Shown here piece by piece: positions 24,605-37,578 of a stretch of 64,000 nt of DNA. Position 1 is the first letter of the stretch; every line of letters begins with the position of its first letter. The notes under the pieces are model-generated. The model had not been told where the DNA came from. It worked only from the letters and a program-made list of their open reading frames with translations, and made no database searches. A program made the position numbers and the translations under genes. The stretch spans positions 1,097,768-1,161,767 of the forward strand of contig NC_057750.1 in assembly GCF_004010195.1 (NCBI RefSeq), written 5' to 3'. The DNA comes from Chiloscyllium plagiosum (taxonomy: Eukaryota).

Positions 24605-25263
24605 TTCCTCATACACTTGGTCTCTCTTCACTCACACACTATGCCAAGCTTACACACACACAGATGTAAATTCTCTCACGCACACACTCACATGCACACA
24701 CTCACCCTCACCCTCTCTCTCATGCACATGCACACACATATAAGTCTATGGGGTGAATTTGTACTTGCAGATCTATATTTGCAGATACATTCTATTTTGA
24801 TCAAAAAATGGACAACTGCAGACAGTCAATCCATGTAATATTTTGTAAATTCCACTTTGGAATTAGAACCAGTCTGACTCAAGATGAGATACAAACAGAC
24901 TCTAATGCATTGTCTGAGCTGAGATGTCACCTTTTTTTATAAAACCTTAAATCATCTCAAGAATGTGACTTAAAAGTAGTTCTGGGATTTGCATATTAAT
25001 GAACCGAAACCTGTAACCCATTCTAAACGTTGAAAGACTTAACAACAATCTAGATTTGTTCAATGCTGTATATCATTTCAATTGCATGACACTGTAATCT
25101 TTTGCTATAAATTCTGTGTCTTATGATTGTATTCCACAACCACCTGATGAAGGAGCAGCGCTCTGAAAGCTAGTGCTTCCAAATAAATCTGTTAGATGAT
25201 AATCTGATGTTGTGTGATTTTTAACTTTGTACACCCCTGTGCAACACCAGCATCTCCACATTA
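24298..25263 (+). mobile_element. 5'-truncated Penelope-like element (GIY-YIG region, CA-rich 3' UTR, hammerhead pLTR) inserted into a CR1 fragment
   Basis: Encodes CPEPWYVGKTQQTLQQRMNG.. and PIGEHFSIQGH..RKVAEQRLIAKFSTHGDDLNRDLGFMSHY. Flanked by the 13-bp TSD tacatcagacctg (24285-24297 and 25264-25276). Confidence 0.88.
25141..25175 (+). ncRNA. Minimal type I hammerhead ribozyme motif
   Basis: CAC-CTGATGA-A-GGAGC-AGC-GCTCT-GAAA-G-CTA-GTG: helix I CAC/GTG, helix II GGAGC/GCTCT, palindromic AGCT helix III, UA cleavage site. Confidence 0.8.
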
Positions 25264-26870
25264 TACATCAGACCTGCCATCCCAGGACAATGGGAACAAC
25301 AATTAATAATGACCTCAGCTTTAAAAACTTTCAAAAGACCCTTTAAACATCTTTCAGTGAGGATGTAATCTCATCAAGAGTAATCTCATTGACTGAAGAA
25401 TGAATTTGAGAGATTGCATATTGTCTCCCTGTGCCTGTGTTCTGAAGCATTAATTGTTTCTGAACTAATAGAAATTCTTTTCCTATGACCAACATATTCT
25501 CTGGAAATCAATAGCTCTTTACCAAAGACAGATGACGACAAACCCAAATTAATTTCAGTTAGTCACTTGTGAGTAAAGAGTTGTTTTCCTATTCACATTC
25601 TTCTCTTCCTCCCCTCTCAATTCATTCTTGAATCTCAAGCCCTCAATCAGATCCCCCTTTAACCTTTTATATTCCAGGGGACACAAAGCTGGCTTAATAT
25701 GTCAAGACTAGTTTACAGAACTTTTCTCATCATCTGATATTTGGAGCCCTGTTGACATTCAGATTACTCCTGCCCTGCAATTCTTGCATGTGGCCAAATT
25801 ATGAAACCACAAGGCTATGGGATATAGGAGCAGAATTAGGCCATTTGGCCAATTGAGTCTGTTCCACTACAGAGAATATGTTTCTCAACCCCATTCTCCT
25901 GCCTTCTCCTTATTACCCTCGATCCACTTACTCATTGAGAATATCCATCTGAAAGTGGAGTGCACAGAACTATATACAGTCCTCATTTTATGCAATGATT
26001 TAATTAGTAATCTCTAATTCCACACCTAAAATTCTACACGCACTAGGACTGGTAAACCCACATTTCTCAAATTCATATTAACAAACCCCACAAACTTCTT
26101 GCATCTTGTGTTTTTAATCCCAATTTAATCTATCACATACTTCAACACACACTATTGCTAATTCAACAAATGCTTTACCATAATACTCCTAAGTTTGGAG
26201 CACACTTCTGATGTGCATCATTCCAGCCTGTGATTCCTTAGTATGTTAAGTAAATCCAGTTTACAGTCCCGTAATATGACATTGTTTGATTATCATGCCA
26301 TAGCACATTTTGCAGTGAGGGATATAATGGTTGTGACTGCAGTGTAAATGGGCTTGCTTCTAGGTTCAGTAAACTTAGTCTTCCTCTGAACCTGCAATTA
26401 GTCGGAAGACAGCTTCTAATGAGGCACATCAGCAGCAGGAATTAGAAACGTTATGGATTTTTGGAAGGAATTCAGTGTCTCATTCCTGGAGGCTGTCAGA
26501 GAAACAGGGAACAAATGAACCAGTAAAACTGATGAAAGGGCCAGTTGATTTTGCAGACATTAAGTTCTTGAAAGGGAACCTTGGGAAAACTGGTCTAAAC
26601 CTGCAGAGCATCAAGTCCCCGAAAACAACATGATAGCAGTCAAAGCTGGGCCGAGCATTGCTTCATCCTGGTTGAGAGTACAATGTGGAATTGACTGTCT
26701 ACCCATATCGTTAAACCATTCCTGCCCCACACCCCAGCATGCCCACTATCCTGTGAGCAGAACATGAATGACGATTAGCCCCACATGTGGAGGGTGTCTC
26801 ATTGAGAGGGTTTGAGAGGACAGCAGTCTGGAACAGATCAGGCTTTTCATTGCCTTGTATCCTGAAAAAT

Positions 26871-28970
26871 GGGAAGCCTTCAAAAATGAGACAACAAGAG
26901 TCCAGAAATAGTATATTCCTGTCAGGGCGAAAGGAAACGCTGGTAGGTATAGGGAATGCTGGATGACTAAAGAAATTGAGGGTTTGGTTAAGAAGAAGAA
27001 GGAAGTATATGTCAGGTATAGACAGGATAGAATGGGTGAATCCTTAGAGTATAAAGGCAGTAGGAGTATACTTAAGAGGGAAATCAGGAGGGCAAAAAGG
27101 GGACATGAGATAACTTTGGCAAATAGGGTTAAGGGGAATCAAAAGGATTTTTATAAATATATTAAGGACAAAAGGGTAACTAGGGAGAGAATAAGGCCCC
27201 TCAAAGGTCAGCAAGGTGGCCTTTGTGTGGAGCCACAGTAGGTGGAGGAGGTACTAAACGAGTATTTTGCATCAGTATTTACAGTGGAGAAGGACATGGA
27301 AGATATAGAATGTCGGGAAATAAATGGTGACATCTTGAAAAATGTCCATATTACAGAGGAGGAAGTGCTGGATATCATGAAATGCATAAAAGTGGATAAA
27401 TCCCCAGGACCTGATCAGGTGTGCCCTAGAACTCTATGGGAGGCTAGGGAAGTGATTGCTGGGCCTCTTGCTGAGATATTTATATCATCGATAGACACAG
27501 GTGAGGTACCGGAAGACTGGAAGTTGGCTAACGTGGTACCACTATTTAAGAAGGGTGGTAAGGACAAGCCAGGGAACTATAGACCAATGAGTCTGACCTC
27601 GGGGGTCAAGTTGTTGGAGGGAATCCTGAGGGACAGGATGTACATATATTTGGAAAGGCAAAGACTGATTAGGGATAGTCAACATGGCTTTGCGTGTGAG
27701 AAATCAAGTCTCATGAATTTGATTGAGTTTTTGAAGAAGTAACAAAGAGGATTGATGAGGGCAGAGCAGTGGAAGTGATCTATGTGGACTTAAGTAAGGC
27801 ATTTGACAAGGGTCCTTCATGGGAGATTGGTTAGCAAGAATAGATTTCATGGAATACAGGGAGAACTAGCCATTTGGATACATAACTGGCTCAAAGGTAG
27901 AAGACAGAGGGTGGTGGTTGAGGGTTGCTTTTCAGACTGGAGACCTATGACCAGTGGAGTGCCACAAGGATCGGTTTGGGTCCACTGCTTTTCATCATTT
28001 ATATAAATGATTTGGATCTGAGTTTAAGATGTATCGGTAGTAAATTGAAGATGACACCAAAATTGGAGGTGCAGTGGACAGCAAAGAAAGTTACCTCAGA
28101 GTACAATGAGATCTTGATCAGATGGGCCAATGGACTGAGGAGCAGCCGATGGAGTTTAATTTCGATAAATGCGAGATGCTGCATTTTGGAATAGCAAATC
28201 AGATCAGGACTTATAAACATAATGGTAAGGTCCTGGGCAGTGTTGCTTAACAAAGAGACCTTGGAGTGCAGGTTCATAGCTCCTTGAAAGTAGAGTCACA
28301 GGTTGATAGGATAGTGAAGAAGGCGTTTGGCATGTTTGCCTTTATTGGTCAGAGTATTGAGTATAGGAGTTGGGAGGTCATGTTGCAGCTGTACAGGACA
28401 TTGGTTAGGTCACTTTTGGAATATTGATGCAATTCTGGTCTCCTTCCTATTGGAAATGTGTTGTGAAACCTGAAAGGGTTCAGAAAAGATTTACAAGGAT
28501 GTTGACAGGGTTGGAGGATTTGAGCTATAGGGAGAGACTGATTAACCTGGGGCTATTTTCCCTAGAGCATCGGAGGCTGAGGGGTGACCATAGAGGCTTA
28601 TAAAATCATGAGGAGCATGGATAGGGTAAATAGATAAGGATTTTTTTCCCCCGGGGTGGGGGAATCCAGAACTAGAGGACATAGGTTTAGGGTGAGAGGG
28701 GAAAGATATAAAAGGGACCTAAGGGGCAACTTGTTCATGTAGAGGGTGGTACGTGTATGGAATGAGCTGCCAGAGGAAGTAGTGGAGGCTGGTACAATAA
28801 CAATATTTAAAAGACGTCTGGATGGGTAGATGAATAGCAAGGGTTTAGAGGGATATGGGCCAAGCGCTGGCAAGTGGGAGTAGTTTAGGTTGGAATATCT
28901 GGTCGGCATGGATGACGTGGACCGAATGGTCTGTTTCCATGCTGTACATCTCTATAACTCTGTGACTCTA
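26871..28970 (+). mobile_element. CR1/HER1-type LINE, 5'-truncated (about 2.1 kb), reverse transcriptase pseudogene
   Basis: KSPGPDQV..PEDWKLANVVPLFKKGGKDKPGNYRPMSLTS..SQHGF..GVPQGSV..FIIYINDLD, broken by stops/frameshifts; (ctctatga)n tail; probable 8-bp TSD tgaaaaat (26863-26870, 28971-28978). Confidence 0.95.
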
Positions 28971-29074
28971 TGAAAAATCCACCTCACCTCCTCGAGTTTT
29001 CTTACTGAGTCAGTACCGTGCCTTTAAGAGAGATGTGTGTTCTGCACTGTTTCTCTTACAGAGAAGTGCTACAT

Positions 29075-29675
29075 GGAAACATAGAAAATAGGTGCAGGAT
29101 TAGGCCATTCTGCCCTTTGAGCCTACCCCACCATTCAATAGGATTCCAGCTGATCATGCAATCTCAGAATCCCATTCCCACCCTCTCCCCATAACGCTAG
29201 ATCCCTTTAGCCCCAGGGGCCATATCCAGCTCTCTCTTGAATCTATCTGGTGAACTGCCCCCAACAGCTTCCTGTAGGAGAGAAGCCCACAGGTTCACCA
29301 CTCACTAAGTGAAGAAATTCTTCCTCATCTCAGTCCTGAAGGGCTTCCCCCTTATCCTTAGACTGTGACCCCTAGTTCTGGACTTCACCAACATCGGGAA
29401 CATTCTTCCCACATCTAGCCTGTCCACTCCCAGCAGGATTTGTTTCTATGAGATCCCCCTCATTCTTCTAGATGCCAGTGAGTACAAATCTAGTTGATCT
29501 AATATACCTCATCTGTCAGTCCTGTCTTCCCAGGAGTCAGTCTGGTGAACCCTCACTGGATTCCCTCAATAGCAAGAATGTGCTTCCTCAGACTATGAGG
29601 CCAAAACTGCACAACATGTGGCCTCACTATAACTGCAGCAAGACATCCTCACTCCTATATTCAAATCCTCTCCCC
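29075..29675 (-). mobile_element. CR1-type LINE 3' end
   Basis: catagaaa tail, ggtgcaggattaggccattc..gtgaagaaattcttcctcatctc. Confidence 0.8.
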
Positions 29676-29679
29676 AATG

Positions 29680-30441
29680 AAGTATTGGAATATCTGCTTC
29701 AGAAGCAAAGGGTAAACTGCTTACAGTTCTCCGTGGGTATTCTTTTTATTAAATTAGACAAAAGAAGTGTGAGTGGGCAGGGTCAGGCTCACAGAACCAA
29801 GGGACTTTAAGTTTTACTTTCAGTTGCTGTTCAGTTAGTTGAAGATTTCTGCTTGCTGCAGAGTTCCAATCTGTGAGAGCGAAGTCAGAGACAAGAGGCT
29901 TCCTCTTAAAGGAATCCAAAGGAGCAGCTTGTTTCTTTCTTCTGGACTAGAGAGAGACAGCATGTGAGAATCGTAATAAAAGCAAATTAGTGCAGATGCT
30001 GGACGCTTTGACAAAGAGTCAGTTAGACTCGAAACGTCAGCTGTTTTCTCTCCTTACAGATGCTGCCTGACCTGCTGAGATTTTCCAGCATTTTCTCTTT
30101 TGGAATGTGAGAATTGTAGCTGTTTGGCTGAATTGCAGTTTTGCCAAAAACAAATGTGTTTATGGGATGCTGCTTATTGGAATAATTGATGATTCGTGCT
30201 TAAATCATATATTATCTTGTTTAGTATTTCAGTCGAGTTAAAGTTAGACCTATCCTTTTTTTTTCTGTACTTTGTGTTAGGAACAAAATGTGTTTTGATT
30301 AAAGCCTAGTGGTGGACAAATGGAATCGCACCTGGAACCTTACAGTTGCCTTTAAAGAAGTGATGGTCTCGGCTATCTCCTTACAATACTTTAGAGATGG
30401 ACTGGTCTGCTCTCTGGTCTGGTCCGGTCTGGTCCATAATA
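29680..30441 (+). mobile_element. Solo-LTR-like repeat (same family as 45069-45702 and 62045-62710, opposite orientation) with nested PLE mini-element
   Basis: Ends ggtctcggctatctcc..ggtctggtccataata, the reverse complement of ttatggaccagatcag..aaggtagcctagacc at 45069. Internal gggtcaggctcacagaacca also matches. Confidence 0.6.
29976..30104 (+). mobile_element. PLE-derived mini-element with decayed hammerhead and 14-bp TSD
   Basis: tTGACAA-A-GAGTC-agtta-GACTC-GAAAC-GTC; TSD atgtgagaat(c/t)gta at 29962-29975 and 30105-30118. Confidence 0.75.
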
Positions 30442-31054
30442 TCAGCTTTCGAGAATTAAACAGTGCCTGCTACTTTTCAGTAGTGTCGCTGCCATTCTCC
30501 ATGGGTTAGCCTGAGCAGTGAGCACTGGCAGACCACTCGTCAGCCATCTTACCCAAGCCTGACCCTGTCCTCGTCCTGAGGGTAAATATGTGCCTGTCAT
30601 TCCCGAATGTTTCCCCACATCAGCTCATGGAACCCAAGTGGGCTCTTTTGAAGAGTCATCGAGTCTCGAAACGTTAGCTTGCTCTCTCTCCACAGATGAC
30701 AACTGACCCACTGTGATCTCCAGCCTTTTTTGTTTTCAGATGAGTCTGCAGAATAAGTTCATCCCATTCCTGTGTCTCTCTGTCTTACCAAAGGTGTATG
30801 ACAAGCACACGGGTACAGCAAGCATGGGAATTTCACTCAATCAGGTGAAATATTCGTGTGCAATTTCAGTCACTTTGATGCTGTTGACTTCGAAAAAGGC
30901 AATATAGCCATACACCTTACAACCCAGACATAGGCAATTCAGCCCATCTGTTCCCTGCTTGTTTTAATGCTGCAGATAAACCTCCTCCCTGCCTACATCA
31001 CTTCATCCTATCACCATATCCTTTTTTCTTCTGTTTTGTCTGGATCCAGCCTCG

Positions 31055-31252
31055 AAGGCTCAGTTCCCCAGCTGGTCTCTGATACAGAGTAATACCAACG
31101 GCATGGGCTCAATTCCCACATCGGTTGAAATTACTGTGAAGGACTCTCCTTGCCTGAGGCATGAGGACCCTCAGGTTGAACCACTACCAGTCACTTCTGT
31201 CTAACGAGAGAGCAGCCCGATGGTCTTGTGGGATTATGGTCACCTTACCTTT
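31055..31252 (+). mobile_element. Old tRNA-derived SINE-like repeat
   Basis: gctcagtt..gggctcaattcccac (B-box-like), then cctgaggc..gaccctcaggttgaaccactaccagtc..gagagagcagccc. Family not named. Confidence 0.45.
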
Positions 31253-32943
31253 ATCTAGCCTCTCTCTGCATGCATTCAGCTCAAGCATTCCCTGTGGGAT
31301 TGCATTCCACATTCTCCCTGCTCTCTGGGGAAGGAGGATTCTCCTGAACTACCTTTGGATTTATTGATGTCACCTAATTCTGTTATCTTCACAGGTGGAA
31401 ACACTTTCTATATACTACTCTAACAAACCCGTACCTGTCTTTCACAGCCTTGGTCAGTTCACCTCTCAGTCTTCTCTGCTCAAGAGTAAAGAAAACTGTT
31501 CACATCTTCAGAATTTTCCAGTTAGCTAACTTTGCAGCAGCCAACATACTTACAACAAGATTCCAATATCAGAAGTATGTTAGATGACAAGGAGACCTGG
31601 TTAGAAGCTTTAATTCAACTTTATAATTCGCCAGGTCAATGGCAAGAATTCATCTGTGCTTAGAATTGAGACTTTGGACTTTTTACATCAGTTTGAACAG
31701 AGAGTGGGCCTTGGTTAAACATTTTCTTTGAAAGTCAACATTTTAATTTGAATGAATCTCAGGTTAAAGTTCTCCCTCAGTCCCAAGTTGTCAGGCAGGC
31801 CAGTGTACCCTGAGTCCTGCTCTGGGAAGGGACAATTTAGATTCTGTCCTCACCAATCTGAAGTGGAACTTGAGCCTTCCAATTTTCTGACTCAGAGATG
31901 ACATTATGGTAATAGATTTCTTTTTGCTTTCACACATTTTAGCATTTCCAAGTTCTCAGCTCAATTTTTGCAAAACGTTCTTTAATTCAAATTACTCACC
32001 CATTTGTGGATTTAGATGGTGGTCTAATTGAGGGGGCAAAGTTCAATGTAACAGAAACTGGGAACCAGAGACTGATTGGCATTTATTAAAGAGGTGACTA
32101 TACTGTTTGGAAATTGTGTGGGATTTGACCTGAAATTGACATAGCAATATGAAATAGAATCGCTGTCATTTGCTGTTAATCATCCCCGGTGACAATTGCC
32201 AAACTGGATTTTGAAATATCAATGACCTTCTGCAGAATATAGACAAACCTCAAGTACAGGAGCAAAGTGACTTGAAAGGCAGACTATCCCCGATCCGATA
32301 ATGCAACTCTGACTGGGACATTGGGAGCTCTGATTCAAAATACCTCCCTGAACCAACACTGACCAAAACAAGTTAGCACTCTGTTCCCCTCGTGCTAGCA
32401 TAGAGTCAGCTTAGGTTCTTTGCTCAAGCCTTGGGAGTGAGTCTACTGACCGAGAGAAGAGAGCTTTACAGCTGGAAAAAGAAAAATACTTCCTTCCCAT
32501 GGGTTGTACTTAAATTACGATTTATTTTACAATTCTATGAGATGCTTAGAAAGGAGCTGCTCCCCTTCATTGAAGGATTAATAACAAGGGGGCATCATTC
32601 TGAGGTGAGAGCTAGGAAGTTGAGAGGAAAACTTTTCTCACCCAGAGACTGGTGCTGGTCTGCAATGCCCTGCCTGAGGGTGGGGGTAATTGAGGAAGGA
32701 AACCTTAGAAAGTACTTGGATGAGTCTTTGAAGTTCGTAACATTCAAGGTTATGGGCCTAGTGAGAGAAGGTGGGACTAGTACAGATTTAGTTCAGCCAA
32801 AGGGCTTCTTCTGCACTGTATAATTTAATGACATTTTTTAAAAGTATTTTCCAATTTGGTGCGTGTTTGTGCAGACCTGCTGACTATTTCTCAGAAAGTG
32901 AACGAATTTAAGTTCTGACAAAACCTTTAAGACTACGATTCAC

Positions 32944-34331
32944 CTGTAGACCAAAGTATCGTCAGTGGAGCTGTTGTACTGGATTTGGTACATCCGGATC
33001 CCAGGGATTGGCCGTTGGGAGGGCCATCGGATGAGGGCTGATGTTGTGCTCAGTTCCGTAGCCACAACTTTCTTATCCTGCAGACTCTTGGTGTCAGTGC
33101 CATTGGAAGGTGAGCCGGATTTGGTGGATGTGGTGATGTCGGATGACCCCGGGGCGGGCTCCTGCACCTGGTTTGTAAGGTTGACGAGATGGGGCAGTGG
33201 GATGATCCCGATGGTGATGTTGGTGGTTGATTCTCCAGCTGCATTGGAAGCGATGCAGGTGAACATGCCGCTGTCTTTCAGAGTCGTGATCAGGATATCC
33301 AAGGTTCCATTGTCGTATATCATCGTCCTGGACGTGTTGGAAAGCAGCTTCCCCTCTGGCGAGCTCCAGAGAATGGAAGGGTCCGGATCCCCGATCGCTT
33401 TACACTTCAACGTCACACTCTGCCCCTCCATAACAAACGTCTTGCTCGAATAAAGCCGTGTGATGAGAGGGGGTTCACAAGTAAAGTCATCCTCTGAGAT
33501 TGACCAAAAATATTTCCCCATCAAGTGAGGCGGTGATGCACAGGTCTCCAGGTCATCTTTCCTTGTCAGGCGCCTCAGCCAGAGTAACTCACAATTACAA
33601 TGCAATGGGTTTCCACCAAAGCTGAGCACCAATGAGAAGTACTGAGTGCCTTTGGCATTAACCAGTAGCTGAGTTCTTAAGAAAAGAGGATCAGGAGGAA
33701 GTTTTTGTAGTCTGTTGGATGTCATGTCTAATCGGCCTAGCTTGTGAAGAACAGAGAATGTCCCTTCTTCGATGTGGTCGATCAGATTGTGATCCAAGGT
33801 GAGCGTGTTCAGATTGACCATTTTGGCAATGGCCACCCAAGGAAACTGTTCCAGGTTATTGTAGGACATGTCCAGATCCTCCAGGCAGGTGATGAAGTCG
33901 TTAAAGGATCCTTCCGAGATGTAGCTGAGCTGATTGTTGTTCAGGATTAGGTGGCGGAGATTCACCAGGCCTTTCAGGTGGTCATTCACAAGCTTGGTCA
34001 GTCTGTTACTGTCCAGGTGTAGAGCCCGAAGACCGCGGAGGTCACCAAAGGTGAGAGGCATGATCTGGCTGATTGTATTCCTCGACAACGTGAGGTGGAC
34101 AAGGCTGGTCATGTTGGCAAAGTCTTTCCTCTTCACCGTGGTGATGAAGTTATCGGTTAGGCGCAGCTCCACCGTCCTCCTGTCGATAAATGGAGGCACA
34201 AAGAGAAGCCCAGTTTTGGCACAGAGGATGGAGAGGGAAGGGGAGAGGTTCTGGCAGATGCAACGCTTTGGACAAAGCTGAGCCTTGACAGTCAAACTGA
34301 GCAGGAGCAGTGAGAAGAGGAGCCTCTCCAT
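32944..34331 (-). CDS. LRFN1: LRFN1/SALM2-like leucine-rich repeat and fibronectin type III domain protein, first coding exon (signal peptide, LRRNT, LRRs, LRRCT, Ig, N-terminal part of FN3)
   Basis: Uninterrupted [133 protein letters not shown]. These motifs match my recollection of LRFN1 better than LRFN2-5. Splice acceptor ttttattccttttccag ends at 34352, 20 nt before ATG 34331. Phase-2 donor AG|GTGAAT at 32944/32943, the usual LRFN intron position after LVYR. Confidence 0.93.
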
Positions 34332-34351
34332 GATCAATCAGATCAGCAATT

Positions 34352-34372
34352 CTGGAAAAGGAATAAAACAAC
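34352..34372 (-). promoter_or_regulatory. Splice acceptor (polypyrimidine tract + CAG) of the LRFN1 coding exon; implies upstream non-coding exon(s) at higher coordinates
   Basis: Minus strand tgttttattccttttccag|aattgctgatctgattgatcATG. Confidence 0.8.
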
Positions 34373-35329
34373 AAAAGCAGGATTACAAACCTTTGAAGGA
34401 ACTGACTTGTTATTACAGAGAATAGGAAGATTTCCCAAAACAACGTCAGATACTTGATTGCTCAGCTTGGTGTCTCATTGTACTGAACAATCTGAGTCAT
34501 AATTGCTTTCTTTGAGGGTACATCTCACTGATCGTGGGCATATTTTTCCTCCATACTAACCAACCCTCCCTAAAAACGTTTCACCCAGTCTGCACCTTTT
34601 TTTTTGACATTTCTACAAAATGTAGGAACAAGAAAAACAAAATACTAACCACCGTTCAAAAGTTCGACAATTTTGATTTCCTTCTTCTTTATCTCTGCTG
34701 AGATGTTGGCTCAGGATTAGCAACATTTTCGTCAATGCTGGCTGCTCATGCAGTGTGTACTCAAGTGACAAACCACACTCAGAGGTAGCAGGCTTTATAA
34801 CAGAGAGGGAATTTAAACCAAGTCCCATCCAGTCCTATGCAGGAACACCCACACTGTTCAATGTGGAAGCCACTCCATAGTATCAAGCCTGAGGCAAGAC
34901 CAATAGCTTTCCCATCCTTCCTTAAGTCAACAGTGTTGGATGAGCTGGACATCAGAATGTCTTATCTGGGTTATCATTTGAGAAGGTCACACACTCTTAG
35001 AGAGATGGGGGTGGTAAAATAGGAATAACCCCAAAAGCAAGATTATTTTACATGTTGCAAAAATCGGGCGAATCACCGTTAACTAACTGCGGCCTTGTAC
35101 GATACTGCTTTTATCACACCTTCCTATTCCTGTCAAAGGGAAGTGTTAACCTTAGCGAACAGACATGTGGTGTAAGAGTGCAAACAGACCTTTCAGCTCA
35201 TTAATGCTGCTTCACTTTCTCACCTTCAGCTTTAAGTGCCTAGTTTTAAACAGCAGACTTGAACAAATTATGGTTTCTAATTATCATCTCATACTTGTGC
35301 GACAGTAGATTTGGGAATCTTATCAAACT

Positions 35330-36080
35330 TTTCTATATTCACCAATTCACCTCCAGAATTATCTACGGAACTGCCACCTGTACTTATCGATGGGGAGCAA
35401 TGACGGCTCCTCCCCATCCATTGCTTTCCATCCTTTGGTCTCTACATTTCCACCCTCCCAACCCCCACCCAGTTGACCCTCATGTCCTATCTTCATCGGT
35501 GCTTCCTGCGCTGGATACCAGGATTAACTCTCCCCATAACTGGGCCCAAGCAAACACCCTCACCACATGCAGACAACTTCACCGTAATCTCTCGCGCCAT
35601 TTCCCGCATCTCTGATCTGTCTTGCTGCTCATAATCATCAGGTACTGGATGAGCAGAATGCTCCTAAATGTTCAGAAGATCAACCTCATTGTCTTCAGTC
35701 CTTGCCCCAGCCTCTGCTCATGCAATCACCATTGCTCTTCGGTGATGCCAACAGCCCGAGACTAAACATGACTTATCTTGCGACCTTGCTGCTCCACCTC
35801 ATCACAAGATGACCTTCAGATGACATGTCACCCTATCACTAAGACCGTACCATCATGCCATCTGCCGTGCCTCAGCTCCATTTGTTACTGAATGAAAGCC
35901 TCACCCATGACTTTTGTCACCTTGATACACAACTCCTCCAATGGCTTGCCTTCTCCATGCAGCCCTCCATCAATTTAAGGTCAACAAAAACTTCTGCTGC
36001 TGTGTGCAATTCCAACCAACTTGTGTTCCCTATCTCTGTCTGTGCTCGCTCACCTGCATTGACTCTTAATTGCCCTCTGA
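35330..36080 (+). mobile_element. Highly decayed L2-type LINE RT/3' region
   Basis: C-rich stretch with L2-like remnants (ccacatgcagacaac.., ggatgagcagaatgctcctaaatgttcagaagatc.., aaagcctcacccatgacttttgtcacc). No intact frame. Confidence 0.45.
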
Positions 36081-36389
36081 AATTGCCCACCAAGACTCAG
36101 TTCAAGGCTAATCAGGGAGGAGCCTGTCAATGATACCCATATCCCATGGAAAAATAAATAAGAAGTATTGGTGTCTCTGCATTCAGTTGTCTTCTCTCGA
36201 GATATTTTCTCTGTCCTTCTTCTTTAAGAGCTCCTTAAGATCTTTGATCAAATTGTAAATATGGATTCAAAGTCTTTGATCCAGCTTTCACTCATCTATT
36301 GTCATAGCTCACTTTCATTCTCCCTTTGTACAGCTCTGTAAATACCTTGGAGGTTCTTGCCACTTTAATACAAGGCACCATTATTGATA

Positions 36390-36723
36390 AAAACGAGAAG
36401 AACTGTAGTCACTGTAAATCAGAAACAAAAACAGAAACTGCTGGGACAACTCAGCAGGTCTGGCAGCATCTGTGTAGAGAAATCAAGTTTGTGTGTCAGG
36501 CTGAATGACCCTTCCTCAGAATTGGGGGTCACGGTCCAGAGGGAGATAAGGAGGAGGTGTCTGAGAGCTCTGTAATGTCAAGGTCAGTTCACCAGACCAC
36601 CATGGCACCGCCCACATCAGCTGCTCTGAGAAGGAGTCATTCAAACCGAAATATTAATTCTGACTTCTCTCCACAGGTGTTGCTATACCTGATGAACTTT
36701 TCCAGCAATTTCTGTTTCTGTTT
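36390..36723. mobile_element. Inverted-arm PLE-derived mini-element with about 100-bp spacer and 14-bp TSD
   Basis: Arms gaaacaaaaacagaaactgctgg..gacccttcctcaga and ctgagaaggagtc..ccagcaatttctgtttctgtttc. TSD caccattattgata / cactgttattgata (36376-36389, 36724-36737), differing as expected from CpG decay. Confidence 0.75.
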
Positions 36724-37165
36724 CACTGTTATTGATACCTCAGTCCATGCATGTTGCGAGACACTGAGCTTGGATGAGATGTGCCCAGATTGGCATCATG
36801 GTGGACAGACCTTCACCTGTGTCAGGACATGCCCAGCTGCAGTTTCAGTCAGTGCCACTGCATAACAACCTCAAGCAAGACTCCATCTGATTAATCTACT
36901 GGACAGAGGTACATAGAGACCTACTGCATCCACCAACTGCTGAGGGAACTGAGCACAGCCCCTATTGTCCGGATGTGTACACCTCACTGCATTGATTCTA
37001 ATGAGGTCAGCCAGCTGGACAGTATAGAACCAGAGTTCCCTGACTGGGGCTGTTAACATGCATCAATCAGGGAGCCCTGGCTGACAGATAAAAAGGGGTG
37101 TGACAGAGATTCTGTCACTCTGTGTGCTGGCTCTAAGGAGGCTCTATGAGAGATGTTTGAGACGA

Positions 37166-37578
37166 TTTGTAGCTCAGGTTGATGGCATGGATGTGAGTTT
37201 GCTCGCTGAGCTGGAAGGTTTGTTTTCAGATGTTTCGTCACCATGACTAGGTAACGTCATCAGTGAGAGTCTCCAGTGGAGCGCTGGTGGTATGTCCCAC
37301 CTCTCTATTTACAGGTCTGGGTTTCTTTTCTACATTCATGAGAAATCTTAGAGGCATGGCATTCTAACCAGAATTCTACAATAAACACATCAATTTAGAT
37401 CCTATCGATGTTCCCTTGAAAAAAGAACTGGAAATAATGTCACCCACCTTAAAAAATCAAGACCTCTAAATAGAGAGGTGGGACATACCACTAGCGCTTC
37501 ACCAGATGATGTTACCTAGTCATGGTGATGAAACATCTGAAAACAAACCTTCCAGCTCAGTGAGCTAACTTACATACT
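37166..37578. mobile_element. Fold-back Penelope/Poseidon 3' fragment: two inverted pLTR arms
   Basis: 37166-37327 is the reverse complement of about 37455-37578. The right arm includes the EN C-terminus (EILEAWHSNQN..INKHI) homologous to 54360-54600. Confidence 0.85.
37227..37265 (-). ncRNA. Hammerhead ribozyme motif (Poseidon type)
   Basis: Minus strand ca-CTGATGA-C-GTTACC-tagtcat-GGTGAC-GAAA-C-ATC-tg; ACAT instead of ACGT, consistent with CpG decay. Confidence 0.65.

Noticed and set aside
32940..32943. Stop codon ending the 465-aa ORF, suggesting a secreted LRFN isoform
   Set aside because: The TGA lies within the splice donor AG|GTGAAT at the conserved LRFN intron position; the true C-terminus is at 11101.
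34332..34337. ORF-track start at TTG 34337
   Set aside because: Eukaryotic gene; ATG at 34331 (atcATGG context) starts the signal peptide.
32965..34443. Antisense and alternate-frame ORFs overlapping the LRFN1 exon
   Set aside because: Shadows of a GC-rich coding exon with no recognisable domain.
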